NCBI GenBank assembly: GCA_041671225.1
Contig: JBAZBY010000001.1
Span: 897,130-961,129, forward strand
Length of the DNA stretch: 64,000 bases
Direction of reading: 5' to 3'
Origin: Patescibacteria group bacterium
GTDB lineage: Bacteria; Patescibacteriota; Patescibacteriia; JBAZBY01
How positions within the stretch are numbered: the stretch's first letter is position 1; every line of letters starts with the position of its first letter. Position numbers and translations under genes: made by a program. Positions 18,933-30,065 of this stretch are shown here, one piece after another. The notes beneath the pieces were generated by a model. The model did not search any database. It saw only the letters and a list, made by a program, of their open reading frames with translations, and was not told the DNA's origin.

Positions 18933-20362
18933 GATGAGAACCAATTCTTTAAAATGTCTTTTACTTTATTCACTATACCCTCTGCGGTGATTGGTGGTTT
19001 AGTAAGGGTGAGCGAAACATCACCAAACGTAAGCGGCAACGCGGTTTCATCATCAGTCAAAAGCACGAATCGATACCCTGCATCAGTTTGAACAAGTGAG
19101 TTGAGGGGAAATGTTGCCCCGGTCAAAAATACCCCATCCGATGTCTTCTCTGGTTCCCTATATTCTGCATAAAGATACTTTATGTCATACGCGTCAGCGA
19201 CATTTCTTTCAAGTAGCGGAAGACTAAAACGCGGCACAAAATGATTAAAGGAATCAAGGACAAATTCTCCCTCCGATGTAAGAGTGAGCTTCTGTGATGC
19301 AAAAGTGATGCTCTGCTCTGCGTCAGAAAAAACAAAATGCCGTTTTCCTCCCGCGGGAATAGTCTCGTCTTTTTCGTTGATAGTAACAACCGCAGATTTT
19401 GTATCAGCATTCTGGATATTCATACTAAAACCTACCAATGAGAGAGAAATTGGCTCGGCGGATTCTGCGCGCAAGACATCGGTCAAAACGAGTTGGCTAG
19501 TGCTCGCTGCTATTGAGGTAATAACCACATCACTATTCGCCTCAAGAACAAGCCGGTAAATACCTGTAGGGATGCCGTCCAAAAAAATATGCATTGTCTG
19601 TCCCGGTCCGCGTCTCGTGCTTTGTGTTTCATCACCATCATCTTGCAACGTTTCAGCAAAGAGGCGTTCGCCAGCCTGATTATAGACAAAGGCCGTGATG
19701 CGATCCGGACCGTTCTTCAGATTTGCGTCCTGTTTGCTAAAAGAAATATCCAGTGGTTCATTTTCAATATAAGCATAAAAAGTATGCGTACCAAGTAGGG
19801 AAATATTCATATGGCGTGCATCGCCGTCCTCGGTATCAGCGGGTAAGCTTGGATTCCCAAGGGTAGTATTGAGCAACATGACCTCATTGCCTGGTGGTGG
19901 GGATGTTGTGAACTCCGCTATTGAACCATACTGCGGCTCACGTTGTAGGAGCACCATATCTCCTTCCCGTACCACATCCCAATCCGCATACTCTGCAAAC
20001 GCAGGAGCATAGAGCGTACGACGAATATCCTCACGATTTGGCAACCCCACGCCAAGTATATCAATACGCGCACGGGGATTCTCAAACGCAAATCCAAGCT
20101 TCACTCCGGTAAACGGACGCCATGGAGAAAGTGTAAAACGCGCCCCATTCGCGATCATATCTCTGCGAGCCTGGTTGCCTACACCTCTCACCTCGCTGAA
20201 GTACATTGCGTCAGAAAAACCCTTCAAGACATCACCAATTGCGCTCTGATGAAAAACCACAGCAACGCTGCTTCCAGGAACGATAAGGCGAATGGAAATC
20301 CAGATCACCAGCGCAACCGGCAATAACCAGGCGACGATACGTAGTATTGAAAATCGTTTCAT
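18929..20362 (-). CDS. Hypothetical membrane-anchored extracellular protein
   Basis: 477-aa ORF with an N-terminal TM and a beta-rich body, coupled to the upstream GT-C gene. Confidence 0.75.
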   Translation of the reverse strand: MKRFSILRIVAWLLPVALVIWISIRLIVPGSSVAVVFHQSAIGDVLKGFSDAMYFSEVRGVGNQARRDMIANGARFTLSPWRPFTGVKLGFAFENPRARIDILGVGLPNREDIRRTLYAPAFAEYADWDVVREGDMVLLQREPQYGSIAEFTTSPPPGNEVMLLNTTLGNPSLPADTEDGDARHMNISLLGTHTFYAYIENEPLDISFSKQDANLKNGPDRITAFVYNQAGERLFAETLQDDGDETQSTRRGPGQTMHIFLDGIPTGIYRLVLEANSDVVITSIAASTSQLVLTDVLRAESAEPISLSLVGFSMNIQNADTKSAVVTINEKDETIPAGGKRHFVFSDAEQSITFASQKLTLTSEGEFVLDSFNHFVPRFSLPLLERNVADAYDIKYLYAEYREPEKTSDGVFLTGATFPLNSLVQTDAGYRFVLLTDDETALPLTFGDVSLTLTKPPITAEGIVNKVKDILKNWFSS

Positions 20363-21927
20363 TATTCTAATGCCATTGGTTCAAAAGAATATAGTGGGTC
20401 CTGACCAATCATTCCAACAGGCACAAGAAGATACCCCTCTGCTGTTGCAATATCACTCAATACATCTACATCGCGTGCGGCGATATCATTATAATAAATG
20501 GAATACGTGCCAAGAAGCTTCGGGAGAAGATCGCGCATATCTTGCGAGATCTCATTATACCCCATAACGCGCCGGGCAGGGAAAAAAAGCTTATCCTTTG
20601 CGCCGGCAATAATCAGCGCGTCGCTAGGTGTTTGTGTCTTGATTGCCTCTGCGGCCTCTGTAATCTGCGGGATGTCTTTCTGAAAAAACTTCGACAACCC
20701 ATTCTCCTTTTCAAAAATGACCAGATGCAAAGAAAATCCAAAAAAAGCAACAAGAAGCGTTGCGGCAAAGTATTTTCCTGCATGATGACTACTACGAATA
20801 ATCTGCTGCATGCCATGCGCGGCAAGCGGCGTAAACAAAACTGTCAATGGCAAAAAGTACCGTACGAATGATGAACCAATGATAGGATGACTACTGCTTG
20901 TGGATGCACCATAATATGGTGTACCTGCGTAATACCAAAAAAGCCACACCGCAAGTAAAATGCTGCCGCTTAGCCACAGCATAGACCCGCGCACGCGTCG
21001 TGCAAATACAACAAACAGAACGCCAAGCGCAGCAAGGAACGTAAAAAGCGGGAAGAGTTCAAGCCCATACCATTGAATTGTGGTGCGATACAACGCGACA
21101 TGAGTTGCAACCGGCATCATGAGACGAAAAAGTTTGTTCAACAGGCCAGTATCAACCGCGGCGATGCCTGCATCAACTCCGGCGGTGTACCCAAAAGAAA
21201 AGGGCCCGCCAAACGTTACATCATTCAACGCCAACAATGGAAGAATACCAATTCCAATACCGAACAATAAAAGAAAAGTATAAATAATTTTTTCTCGTCG
21301 CAAAAATCTCCACCACGCAATAAGTATGAATACACCAACCCACACTACTTCATTTGCCCGCAGCGATATTCCAAAACCGAGTATGAGTCCGCAAAGAAAA
21401 ATGAACCATATGCGCTTGCTGCGATATGCATATATACCCAGCCATGCGGCACAAAGTAGCACAGAAATGAATGCAATGTTGTGCCAATGCCCCTTAATGG
21501 TAAAGAAAAGTATGCCCGGTGAAAATGCAAGGAGAAACAGGCTCAGTAATGCATTCTGAAAATTCCATACATACTTCACGATGCCAAAAAAAGCGAGCAA
21601 GCCGAGGGTTGCCAGTAATGGCGTCAAAAGAAGTGTTGCGTTTTCTCCAAACACGGCGCGCATACTGCCGAGGAGTAATGGAAAACTGAGATAGCTGGAG
21701 GGCACGAACGCACCATCCACAATCTCAATATTACGTGGACGAAAAACCTTTGCCGTATCCTCGGGCAAAGCGCTGCCAAGTGTCATTGTTCCCTCTTCTG
21801 CAAACTGTTGTGCGGCAGCGGCATTGACCACCTCATCTGGAGACGTAAAATGCTGCCCGGCAAACAGTGCAGTGAAGGCGGTACCGACAAAAAAAAGTCC
21901 AAGAATAACAAAGGGAAGGTGGCGCAT
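20362..21927 (-). CDS. GT-C fold membrane glycosyltransferase
   Basis: 'SPDE' motif after TM1, many TM segments, 'FGGPFSFGY' and 'VRYFLP'. Confidence 0.75.
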   Translation of the reverse strand: MRHLPFVILGLFFVGTAFTALFAGQHFTSPDEVVNAAAAQQFAEEGTMTLGSALPEDTAKVFRPRNIEIVDGAFVPSSYLSFPLLLGSMRAVFGENATLLLTPLLATLGLLAFFGIVKYVWNFQNALLSLFLLAFSPGILFFTIKGHWHNIAFISVLLCAAWLGIYAYRSKRIWFIFLCGLILGFGISLRANEVVWVGVFILIAWWRFLRREKIIYTFLLLFGIGIGILPLLALNDVTFGGPFSFGYTAGVDAGIAAVDTGLLNKLFRLMMPVATHVALYRTTIQWYGLELFPLFTFLAALGVLFVVFARRVRGSMLWLSGSILLAVWLFWYYAGTPYYGASTSSSHPIIGSSFVRYFLPLTVLFTPLAAHGMQQIIRSSHHAGKYFAATLLVAFFGFSLHLVIFEKENGLSKFFQKDIPQITEAAEAIKTQTPSDALIIAGAKDKLFFPARRVMGYNEISQDMRDLLPKLLGTYSIYYNDIAARDVDVLSDIATAEGYLLVPVGMIGQDPLYSFEPMALE

Positions 21928-21932
21928 AAACT

Positions 21933-22133
21933 TTACCTATCCCCCTTCTGTTGTGCAGCATAGGGAAGCACGAACACGAGTGCTGCGACATACACCAAAA
22001 TCGGGGAAAATGGCAGTGGGACTTCCGGGAAAAACACCGCAACAAGCATCATAATGAGTGCGAGTATAATCCCACTATAAAAAAAGTCTCGCGCTACCAA
22101 ACCCCATTGGATTTTAGGATAAATATGATTCAT
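21933..22133 (-). CDS. Small 2-TM membrane protein
   Basis: 66-aa hydrophobic ORF heading the minus-strand unit. Confidence 0.55.
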   Translation of the reverse strand: MNHIYPKIQWGLVARDFFYSGIILALIMMLVAVFFPEVPLPFSPILVYVAALVFVLPYAAQQKGDR

Positions 22134-22322
22134 ACCATCATCCTAGCGCAACATACGCCTTTCTACCACTATAGCGCCACACGCTCGCACAGGTGATACA
22201 TCATGGGATACGCCACATCAGAAAAGAGTATTCCTAACATACTCGGGATTGCACATGATGGAAATCATTTGTTCCAATGCCCAAAAAACAGTACAATCAC
22301 ATGCATAGTAAAACCTCTACGT

Positions 22323-23132
22323 ATGTTACGAAAAATTCTTCACCTTTCTACTAGCTTGGGCTTGGAGCTGGTTATCGCCAGGGTGATCAAGGCAATTCCA
22401 TGGCTCAATGCATTTCTCCTCAAAAATGGCTGGAGCGACAAAAACGATAAAAATTCGCACCTCATTTACGATAATATCAAAAAATATTTTAGCGCTGCTG
22501 AAATCTCCCTGGGTGGGAAAAAAATCCTAGAAATCGGCAGTGGCCGGGCGTATTCTCTCGGTGCTCTCTTCATTTCACAATCTCACGCGAAGTCATTTCT
22601 TGCGAGTGACCCTTTTAATAAACACTATGATGGCGAGCAGCCGCCCGTCGATGCTCATGGCATTACATTTGAAAAAATAGATTTCACCAATGTTCATGAC
22701 ATTCAAAAATACGAAAAAACTTTTGACGTCGTACTTTCAACGGCAGTTCTGGAACACATTCATCGTGACGTATGCGAGCAGTTGGTCAAAAATATGAATC
22801 ATGTTCTGGCGCCGGGCGGATACGCCTTTCATCAAATAGATTTTAAGGATCATTTCAACGGTAAACACTTACCGTTTAACTTCTATAAATACTCCAACAC
22901 GCAGTGGGAAGCAGCGACAAGAAATACTATTTTTTATACCAACCGACTCCGTTACTCCGATTGGAAACATTTCTTCCAAAATAACGGTTTTCAGATTATA
23001 AACCTCCACAAATATCATAAAGAAAATCCGACGTTTCCAAAAAAGATTGCGTCTGATTTTCGGTCATATGGCCGTGATGATCTGGAAGTTCGGGCCATGG
23101 ACATTCTGGTACAAAAAGTTTCTTCTCGGTAA
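22323..23132 (+). CDS. Class I SAM-dependent methyltransferase
   Basis: ILEIGSG, FDVVLSTAVLEH, LAPGG..HQIDFKDH and TNRLR motifs. ATG 22323 is preferred over 22203. Confidence 0.85.
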   Translation: MLRKILHLSTSLGLELVIARVIKAIPWLNAFLLKNGWSDKNDKNSHLIYDNIKKYFSAAEISLGGKKILEIGSGRAYSLGALFISQSHAKSFLASDPFNKHYDGEQPPVDAHGITFEKIDFTNVHDIQKYEKTFDVVLSTAVLEHIHRDVCEQLVKNMNHVLAPGGYAFHQIDFKDHFNGKHLPFNFYKYSNTQWEAATRNTIFYTNRLRYSDWKHFFQNNGFQIINLHKYHKENPTFPKKIASDFRSYGRDDLEVRAMDILVQKVSSR

Positions 23133-23212
23133 GCAGGCTTTTCCCCTAACTTCTTTACCTTTGTACTGTTTTTTGGTATAGTTCGTATGATTTTATTAGT
23201 AAGAAAACTGTT

Positions 23213-24169
23213 TTGAAATCGGTTTTAGTGACCGGAGGGGCAGGATTCATTGGCTCGCACGTCACACGTACTCTTTCTGAACGCGGCGATTCGGTGGTCA
23301 TTATTGATAATTTTAACGACTACTACGATCCTCAAATAAAAGAGGATCGAATTTCAGTTTTTCTGAAGGAGTACAACCCAACGTTGTACCGAGTTGATTT
23401 CTCTGAAAGAGAGGCTTTGATCCCCTTGTTTCAAAAGCACCAGTTTGATTCTATCGTCCATCTCGGCGCCCGAGCTGGAGTGCGGGCATCAATTGAGGAT
23501 CCATACATCTACACACAGGCAAATGTTTTTGGCACGCTAAACATTCTTGAGATGGCGCGCCAATTTAAAGTTCCGCAGGTTGTCCTTGCGTCAACCTCTG
23601 CGGTCTACGGCGGTAATAAAAAAATCCCCTTTTCCGAAACAGACCCCGTTGATAAACCAATTTCACCGTATGCCGCAACAAAGAAAGCAACGGAACTGAT
23701 GGCCTACACCTACCATCACCTCCATAAGTTACAGTGCACCTGTTTACGTTTTTTCACTGTGTATGGACCCTGGGGTCGGCCCGACATGGCACTTTTTAAA
23801 TTCACCAAAAATATTCTCGCGGACCAACCAATCGATATTTACAACAACGGCAAGCACCAACGTGATTTCACATACATCGATGATATCGTTGCCGGTATCC
23901 TTGCAGCGGTGGATAATCCTTTTCCATATGAGATAATAAATCTCGGTAATTCACATACAGAGGATCTTCTCCACTTCATAGAGATTATTGAACAAGTCCT
24001 AGGAAAAAAAGCTCGCAGAAATTTACTGCCCATGCAGCCCGGTGATGTCGAAAAAACATATGCCGATATAACAAAGGCAAAGCAGCTGCTTCATTTTGAA
24101 CCAAAAACCAGAATTGATGAAGGCATCAAGAATTTTATCAATTGGTATCGAGAATACTATCATTCATGA
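23213..24169 (+). CDS. NAD-dependent epimerase (UDP-glucuronate 4-epimerase-like)
   Basis: TGGAGFIGS, ARAGVRAS, YAATKK, RFFTVYGPWGRPDMA and MQPGDV motifs. Confidence 0.9.
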   Translation: MKSVLVTGGAGFIGSHVTRTLSERGDSVVIIDNFNDYYDPQIKEDRISVFLKEYNPTLYRVDFSEREALIPLFQKHQFDSIVHLGARAGVRASIEDPYIYTQANVFGTLNILEMARQFKVPQVVLASTSAVYGGNKKIPFSETDPVDKPISPYAATKKATELMAYTYHHLHKLQCTCLRFFTVYGPWGRPDMALFKFTKNILADQPIDIYNNGKHQRDFTYIDDIVAGILAAVDNPFPYEIINLGNSHTEDLLHFIEIIEQVLGKKARRNLLPMQPGDVEKTYADITKAKQLLHFEPKTRIDEGIKNFINWYREYYHS

Positions 24170-25116
24170 AACCCATGTCAGAAAATAGCAATCTAGAGTA
24201 CTCTGTTGTCATTCCGGTCCATAATGAAGAAGAAAATGTCATCCCACTCCACCAAGAATTGCTGGAAGTACTGCAGCATTTGGGGAAGGCATTTGAAATA
24301 ATCTTCATTGATGACGGTTCAACCGATGGGACGTTTGGTCGACTCCAATCTCTCCACCCCGTAAAAATCATTCGGTTCAGAAAAAATTTCGGGCAGACGG
24401 CAGCGATGGATGCCGGCTTTCGTGCTGCCCGCGGCAATGTCATCATCACATTGGATGGTGATCGCCAGAACGATCCCCATGATATCCCTGCACTGCTCAG
24501 CAAATTGGATGAAGGATATGAGGTTGTTTCTGGATGGCGTTGGCAACGAAAAGACACCCACATGAAACACTTTGTTTCACGCGGCGCAAATGTTCTGCGT
24601 GGCCTTTTGATCAAGGACCAAATTCATGATTCAGGTTGTTCTCTCAAAGTATATCGAAAAGAGTGTTTTGAAAACCTCAACTTATTCGGAGAAATGCACC
24701 GATTTATCCCTGCTATTCTCGGCTGGCAGGGTTTTAAGGTTGGCGAGTTAAAAGTTAGCCACAGACCACGAATAGCAGGAAAAACAAAATACGGATGGAA
24801 GCGCATTGTGAAGGGTTTTGTTGATATGATTTCTGTCTGGTTTTGGAGGAAATATTCAAACCGGCCACTGCATCTTTTTGGCAGTGCTGGTCTCCTTTTT
24901 ATTTCCATCGGGACGCTTCTGGGTTTTGGGCTCCTTGTTGGCCGTGCATTCTTCGGGTTGTCGCTGGCAAACCGTATCTGGCCACTCCTTGCGGTCTTTG
25001 TTCTACTTGCCGGTATCCAATTGTTTGTTTCTGGGTTGATGGCGGACATTCTTATTAAAATACACTTTCGCGAAAAACCGAGTTATTCGGTCAAGGAAGT
25101 ATTTGAGAATAGTTAG
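24166..25116 (+). CDS. GT2 polyprenyl-phosphate glycosyltransferase (ArnC/GtrB-like)
   Basis: DDGSTD, NFGQTAA, LDGDRQNDP, HDSGCSLK and GEMHRFIP motifs, with two C-terminal TMs. Confidence 0.88.
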   Translation: MKPMSENSNLEYSVVIPVHNEEENVIPLHQELLEVLQHLGKAFEIIFIDDGSTDGTFGRLQSLHPVKIIRFRKNFGQTAAMDAGFRAARGNVIITLDGDRQNDPHDIPALLSKLDEGYEVVSGWRWQRKDTHMKHFVSRGANVLRGLLIKDQIHDSGCSLKVYRKECFENLNLFGEMHRFIPAILGWQGFKVGELKVSHRPRIAGKTKYGWKRIVKGFVDMISVWFWRKYSNRPLHLFGSAGLLFISIGTLLGFGLLVGRAFFGLSLANRIWPLLAVFVLLAGIQLFVSGLMADILIKIHFREKPSYSVKEVFENS

Positions 25117-25124
25117 CGGCACGC

Positions 25125-26243
25125 ATGCGCATCCTTGTACTTAATTACGAATATCCCCCGCTTGGTGGCGGCGGTTCTTACGTTTCTCATGAGATAGCAA
25201 AAGGGTATGTTCGTCAGGGACATGCCGTGGATGTTGTGACCATGGGTCTTAAGGGACTTCCCTCGTATGAAAATATTGACGGGGTATCGGTATATCGGGT
25301 TCCTTCAGGAAGAAAAAAATATGAAATTAGTCATTTGAGAGAACAGTTGTATTATCTGTGGTCGGCCTATTTTAAGATCAAATCCCTGCGTCATCAGCGG
25401 CAGTGGGACGTATGCCATTGTCATTTCTTAGTACCGACTGGGATACTTGCGGTCATCATTAAAAAACTTTTTCATATTCCGTATATCATCACCGCGCATG
25501 GAAGTGACGTTCCGGGGCACAATACGGAACGCTTCACCTTGCTGCACAAACTCACTCCCCGGCTCATCAAGGGAATTCTCCGCAACGCTCTCCACGTCAC
25601 AGTCCCATCGAGTTATCTAAAAAAACTCATTCAAAAAAATATCTCCGGCACGCGTGAGATTCCCATTATGGTTATCCCGAACGGCTCATCTTCATTGCAT
25701 GACACTTCCATACAAAAAGAAAGAATAATTTTGAGCGTTGGGAGAATGTTACCTTTTAAAGGATTCCAGTACATCATTGAAGCATTTCAAAACCTGCACG
25801 CTTCCGATTGGCGACTTGTTTTAGTTGGCGATGGCCCCTACAAAAAAGAACTAGAAGCACAAAGTGCCGGCAATACCAACATACAGTTCACTGGCTGGAT
25901 AAATAAAAATGACCCTCAATTCGCTCGACTCTATAATGCCGCCTCAATCTTCATGTTATTGTCTCGACAAGAAAGTCAGGGTATTGTCTTGGTGGAAGCA
26001 ATGAGCACCGGCTGTGCCATCATTGCATCAGACGCGCCCGCAATCCGTGAAACCTTGGGGCAGAACAATAGCCTTATTATTTCACCAGATGTTGCTGCTA
26101 CAACCAAAGCGCTGCGGCTGTTGATTGAAAACCAAAGCCAGCGCGAATTTTTTTCTTCTCAATCACAAAAACGCTTTAAGGACTTTACCTGGGATGCTAT
26201 TCTATCGAAATATATGCACCTCATAACATCGGCCCATGAGTAA
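25125..26243 (+). CDS. GT4 glycosyltransferase
   Basis: YEYPPLGGG, HGSD, VGR...KG and ESQGIVLVEAM motifs. Confidence 0.9.
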   Translation: MRILVLNYEYPPLGGGGSYVSHEIAKGYVRQGHAVDVVTMGLKGLPSYENIDGVSVYRVPSGRKKYEISHLREQLYYLWSAYFKIKSLRHQRQWDVCHCHFLVPTGILAVIIKKLFHIPYIITAHGSDVPGHNTERFTLLHKLTPRLIKGILRNALHVTVPSSYLKKLIQKNISGTREIPIMVIPNGSSSLHDTSIQKERIILSVGRMLPFKGFQYIIEAFQNLHASDWRLVLVGDGPYKKELEAQSAGNTNIQFTGWINKNDPQFARLYNAASIFMLLSRQESQGIVLVEAMSTGCAIIASDAPAIRETLGQNNSLIISPDVAATTKALRLLIENQSQREFFSSQSQKRFKDFTWDAILSKYMHLITSAHE

Positions 26244-27324
26244 GAAAAGGCTTGCAATGATATTCCCGAAGGATTCAGAGGCGATGTTCAATGTTAACAG
26301 CCTATCAACTTTTGGTGGAGCAAGTGTGCAACTTTATCTTCTTGCGAGGGAACTTGGTCAGAACAATCAGTTGGAAATTCTTTCAATCATTCCTGATTAT
26401 CCTGTCATCAACTTTCCTGATGCTGGTCTTTTTACGTTGGTAAAAACCACCCCGGCAAATGCCGGCTTGCTGACGAAGATACGCTCATACAATGCCACCC
26501 TTCGTAAAATAAAACCGGAATACGTTGTGCAGCGTGGATTAACGCTTTTTTCCTGCATCCTTGCGTTGTATTGTCGTCTATCAAAAATAAAATTTATCTA
26601 CATGCTGGCAAGCGACTCCGAAGCAAACGGCCGATATCAACGTACCAACAGAAAGTGCGCCCTTTTCCCGCTACTGATCCATACCGCATCACTACTTATC
26701 ACCCAAAATCATCATCAACAAGAGACGCTGACCCAGCGGTATCATACCCGCAGTGAGCTATTAATGAGTGGGTATGAAATCCCTGCAGCGATACCACCAA
26801 AAACAAACACGGCTCTATGGGTAGGGAGATGCGATCGAATGAAGCATCCTGAGATCTTTTTAGACCTAGCGCGACAAATGCCGCAAATACAATTTGTCCT
26901 TGTCTGCTCTCTGGGGGGCGATGCGGAGCTGAATCAACAAATCCGTACGCAAGCTTCTGCGCTACCAAATGTATCATTTAATGATTTTATTCCTTGGGCA
27001 GAAATCGATCGTTATTTTGCATCCGCAAAATTCCTGATCAATACATCTGACTACGAAGGCTTCCCGCAAACATTTGTTCAGGCGACAAAGAATGGTACGA
27101 TCATTTTAAGTCTGCATGCAAATCCCAATAATATCCTACGTGAGTTCGAATGTGGTCTTTGTACGAATGGCGACATGGTAAAAATGAGACAGGCATTAAC
27201 AGACTTATCTCGTACTGATGATGCGGCATACCGCGCCATGTCAGAAAAAGCATATGCGTATGCGTCTCAGTATCATGATATACATTCCGTAGCTAAAACA
27301 TTGACTGACTTAATACGATGTTAA
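26236..27324 (+). CDS. GT4 glycosyltransferase
   Basis: FGGA, WVGR...K and NTSDYEGFPQTFVQA motifs. Confidence 0.85.
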   Translation: MSKKRLAMIFPKDSEAMFNVNSLSTFGGASVQLYLLARELGQNNQLEILSIIPDYPVINFPDAGLFTLVKTTPANAGLLTKIRSYNATLRKIKPEYVVQRGLTLFSCILALYCRLSKIKFIYMLASDSEANGRYQRTNRKCALFPLLIHTASLLITQNHHQQETLTQRYHTRSELLMSGYEIPAAIPPKTNTALWVGRCDRMKHPEIFLDLARQMPQIQFVLVCSLGGDAELNQQIRTQASALPNVSFNDFIPWAEIDRYFASAKFLINTSDYEGFPQTFVQATKNGTIILSLHANPNNILREFECGLCTNGDMVKMRQALTDLSRTDDAAYRAMSEKAYAYASQYHDIHSVAKTLTDLIRC

Positions 27325-27333
27325 CCAAAACAC

Positions 27334-28191
27334 ATGCCCCCATTTCATGAATCAGAAAAAGCGCATCCACGGGTGAGTATTGTTGTTCTTAACTGGAACG
27401 GATTCCAGGATACGTGTGAGTGTGTAGATTCGTTGCGAGCATTAACATATCCGAACTTTGAGGTTTTTATTGTTGACAATGCCTCATCAGGTGACGACGC
27501 AAAAAGACTTTCAGAAAAATTTGGTTCTTTCATCCGGCTTAAAGTGAATGACGCCAATCTTGGGTTTTCTGGCGGCAACAACACGGCAATAAGGCAGATA
27601 GTGGCTGAGGGGCAAAGCCATTATATCGTGCTGCTGAATAATGACACGGCGGTGAAGGAAAATTTTTTGACAGAGCTCGTCCACTCAGCGCAAACCCACA
27701 AGAATGCGGCAATCTTCGGCCCAAAAGCATTCTTTTATAGTTTCAAAGGACGGCGAAATGTCATCTGTTCAACCGCTGGGACGATAAACTGGTATGTCAG
27801 CCCTGGCTATTTCCAAAAGGACAAGTACAAATCAGATCAAGAGTTAAACGATTCTGCTCCCCGGGAGGCAAAATGGATTAGCGGTGCGTGTATGATGATC
27901 GACGCAAAAAAAATCGACCCATTATTAAATGAGTCATATTACTTCGGTTGTGAGGATATTGATAAGTGCCTAAAAGCAAAGGTACAAGGGCTTACCACGC
28001 TGTATGTCCCAACATCAATCATTTGGCACAAAGTCGGCGCTAGTAGGCCTCGTGCATTACGATTTAAGATACGAGAGATACTCACAAGTTATAAACTCAT
28101 GAAGTATCACAACCCTGCTTGGCTTTTAGCGACCCCCTCGTTCTTCGTTTCTGCGGTGATAAAATTTCTTAAAAAGAAAGTCACTTCTTAA
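27334..28191 (+). CDS. GT2 glycosyltransferase (rhamnosyltransferase-like)
   Basis: VLNWNG, VDNAS, NLGFSGGNN, LLNND, SGACM and EDID motifs. Confidence 0.88.
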   Translation: MPPFHESEKAHPRVSIVVLNWNGFQDTCECVDSLRALTYPNFEVFIVDNASSGDDAKRLSEKFGSFIRLKVNDANLGFSGGNNTAIRQIVAEGQSHYIVLLNNDTAVKENFLTELVHSAQTHKNAAIFGPKAFFYSFKGRRNVICSTAGTINWYVSPGYFQKDKYKSDQELNDSAPREAKWISGACMMIDAKKIDPLLNESYYFGCEDIDKCLKAKVQGLTTLYVPTSIIWHKVGASRPRALRFKIREILTSYKLMKYHNPAWLLATPSFFVSAVIKFLKKKVTS

Positions 28192-28783
28192 GAACGACCT
28201 CAAGCCCGTTACACGGGATCAAATGGCTGAAGAATACTTCATAGATCTCTTGAAGTTTTGTTGTTTTATTGAATAACTTTTGGCTGAGAATATTGATGAT
28301 ATGATATTTGGCGAAGGCATTTCTAAAAATTATCTTTTGAGAACTGATACCAAAATTAACGGTGTCATAAAAACTCGGTACCTTCCGCAACAAGTGCTCT
28401 TGGTTTTTGGAGAAATAGTAAAATGAATAATAGCCAAAAAACCGTTTATGAGTGAAGTCAGAATAATAATAAGGATTTGAAAAATGTGGCACAAAAATAT
28501 CAACAATACCGCCTGGTTTTAATACTCTGTACATTTCTCTCATTAAGAGATCAAGGTCTTCAATATGTTCAAGGAAGGAATAGGCCCTAATCTCGTCCAC
28601 TGAATCATTGGGAATAAATTGCAGACCTTCTTCCAGATTCGCCACAACGTCTACCTGGGGCAGATCAATGATGTCGAGGTTGATCACATCCTTTTCTTTT
28701 GTATTTCCTCCACCTAAGTTAAGAATGACCTTCGGGGAGTTCAAGGCGTCGCGTAGCCCAATCTTATCTAGGTGTTCCTGCAT
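28181..28783 (-). CDS. SAM-dependent methyltransferase (type 11-like)
   Basis: LNLGGG, FLEH, RVLKPGG and DFTHKRFF motifs. Confidence 0.82.
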   Translation of the reverse strand: MQEHLDKIGLRDALNSPKVILNLGGGNTKEKDVINLDIIDLPQVDVVANLEEGLQFIPNDSVDEIRAYSFLEHIEDLDLLMREMYRVLKPGGIVDIFVPHFSNPYYYSDFTHKRFFGYYSFYYFSKNQEHLLRKVPSFYDTVNFGISSQKIIFRNAFAKYHIINILSQKLFNKTTKLQEIYEVFFSHLIPCNGLEVVLKK

Positions 28784-30065
28784 ATTTATGTATTACGCTT
28801 ATTAGTGAAAGGTCTTTATATTTAACTACAAAATATACTTCATAAGCAATATTCCTTGCCAAGTACGCAATGGCGGTACCAATGGCTGCGCCTAAAATGC
28901 CAAAAACAGGAACCAAAATAATATCAAGAGCAATATTCAGCGTTACCTGAAACATGCTCGTCATTTGCGTAAATTTATAGTCCTTGGTGGCGGTTAAGAC
29001 GGTTGCATAAAAAATATTATAGAGTTCAAGCACAGCAACCAATAAGAGAATTTCAATCACGGGGATAGCGCCGTGGTAACTTGAGGGAAAAATATTGTTG
29101 ATAGCTATCGGAAGTAAGGCCAATAGCATACATAGTAAAGATGCCCCGAGGAGAAAAATCTTCGGTCTCTTATTGAACAAGAACTTTTTTACCGTTTCCC
29201 TATCACCTACTATTTGCTGGCTCACAACTGGCAAATAATATGCATTGATAATGAGGATTAAACTCGCAATCCCCTTAAAGATCTGGTAGCCAAAATTATA
29301 AACCCCTATATCACCAATTGACGTGTAGGATTTTAATACTATATTGTCACCCCAGTTTATTAAATAGAGTGCGGCGGCGCCAAAGAATTGCCAACGCGCG
29401 TACGCAAACATCTCTAGGAAGTACTTTTTTTCGATTTTCCATGGCCTCAGTAACGAAAAATTTATGGACCGTATATAGAAGGGAAGCGAAAGAACCATTG
29501 CTATGAAGTAGACCGAGAAGAGCGTCTTGATAGTCAGATTGTGGATTCCAAAGAAGTAGAGTACCGCAAGGACGCTGATGACTCCATACAAGAGATTAAA
29601 AAGTGAATCCTTTCTCTTATTGTTAAGCGCCAAAAATAAATAGCTTAAGAAAAACTTGAACGTTACCCCCACAAAAGCAAAACAGAGCCACAACAGTTCC
29701 TGGTTCCCTATACCAATAAAAGCCGAAAGTTGGTTTCTGAATATCAGGGTTACCAATAAAAACAACACAACGGAAGTCCCGGTAAAAATCAACTGGTTGG
29801 AGAAAGATCTATTGATTTTCCCGGACTTTGCCATTTCTTGATTGGCAAACACAACAAACGGACCAAGGCTGGAATAAATAAAAATACTGGCAAAAAGGAA
29901 GATAACCATTTTGCCGAGTGAGTACACACCAAAAGTTTCTGGAGAAATGATAAAGGCCAAACCGAGCGGAATAACCATTTCAAGTCCGGTGCCCAATGAC
30001 TTCAAAAGGGTATATGCGAAAAACTTTCTACCCTGTTTCAGTTGGCGCATGATGATATTTCCCAT
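28764..30065 (-). CDS. Wzx-type polysaccharide flippase
   Basis: Many TM segments, 'PETFGVYS', 'IGVYNFG' and 'LVPVFGILGAAIGT'. Confidence 0.82.
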   Translation of the reverse strand: MGNIIMRQLKQGRKFFAYTLLKSLGTGLEMVIPLGLAFIISPETFGVYSLGKMVIFLFASIFIYSSLGPFVVFANQEMAKSGKINRSFSNQLIFTGTSVVLFLLVTLIFRNQLSAFIGIGNQELLWLCFAFVGVTFKFFLSYLFLALNNKRKDSLFNLLYGVISVLAVLYFFGIHNLTIKTLFSVYFIAMVLSLPFYIRSINFSLLRPWKIEKKYFLEMFAYARWQFFGAAALYLINWGDNIVLKSYTSIGDIGVYNFGYQIFKGIASLILIINAYYLPVVSQQIVGDRETVKKFLFNKRPKIFLLGASLLCMLLALLPIAINNIFPSSYHGAIPVIEILLLVAVLELYNIFYATVLTATKDYKFTQMTSMFQVTLNIALDIILVPVFGILGAAIGTAIAYLARNIAYEVYFVVKYKDLSLISVIHKYAGTPR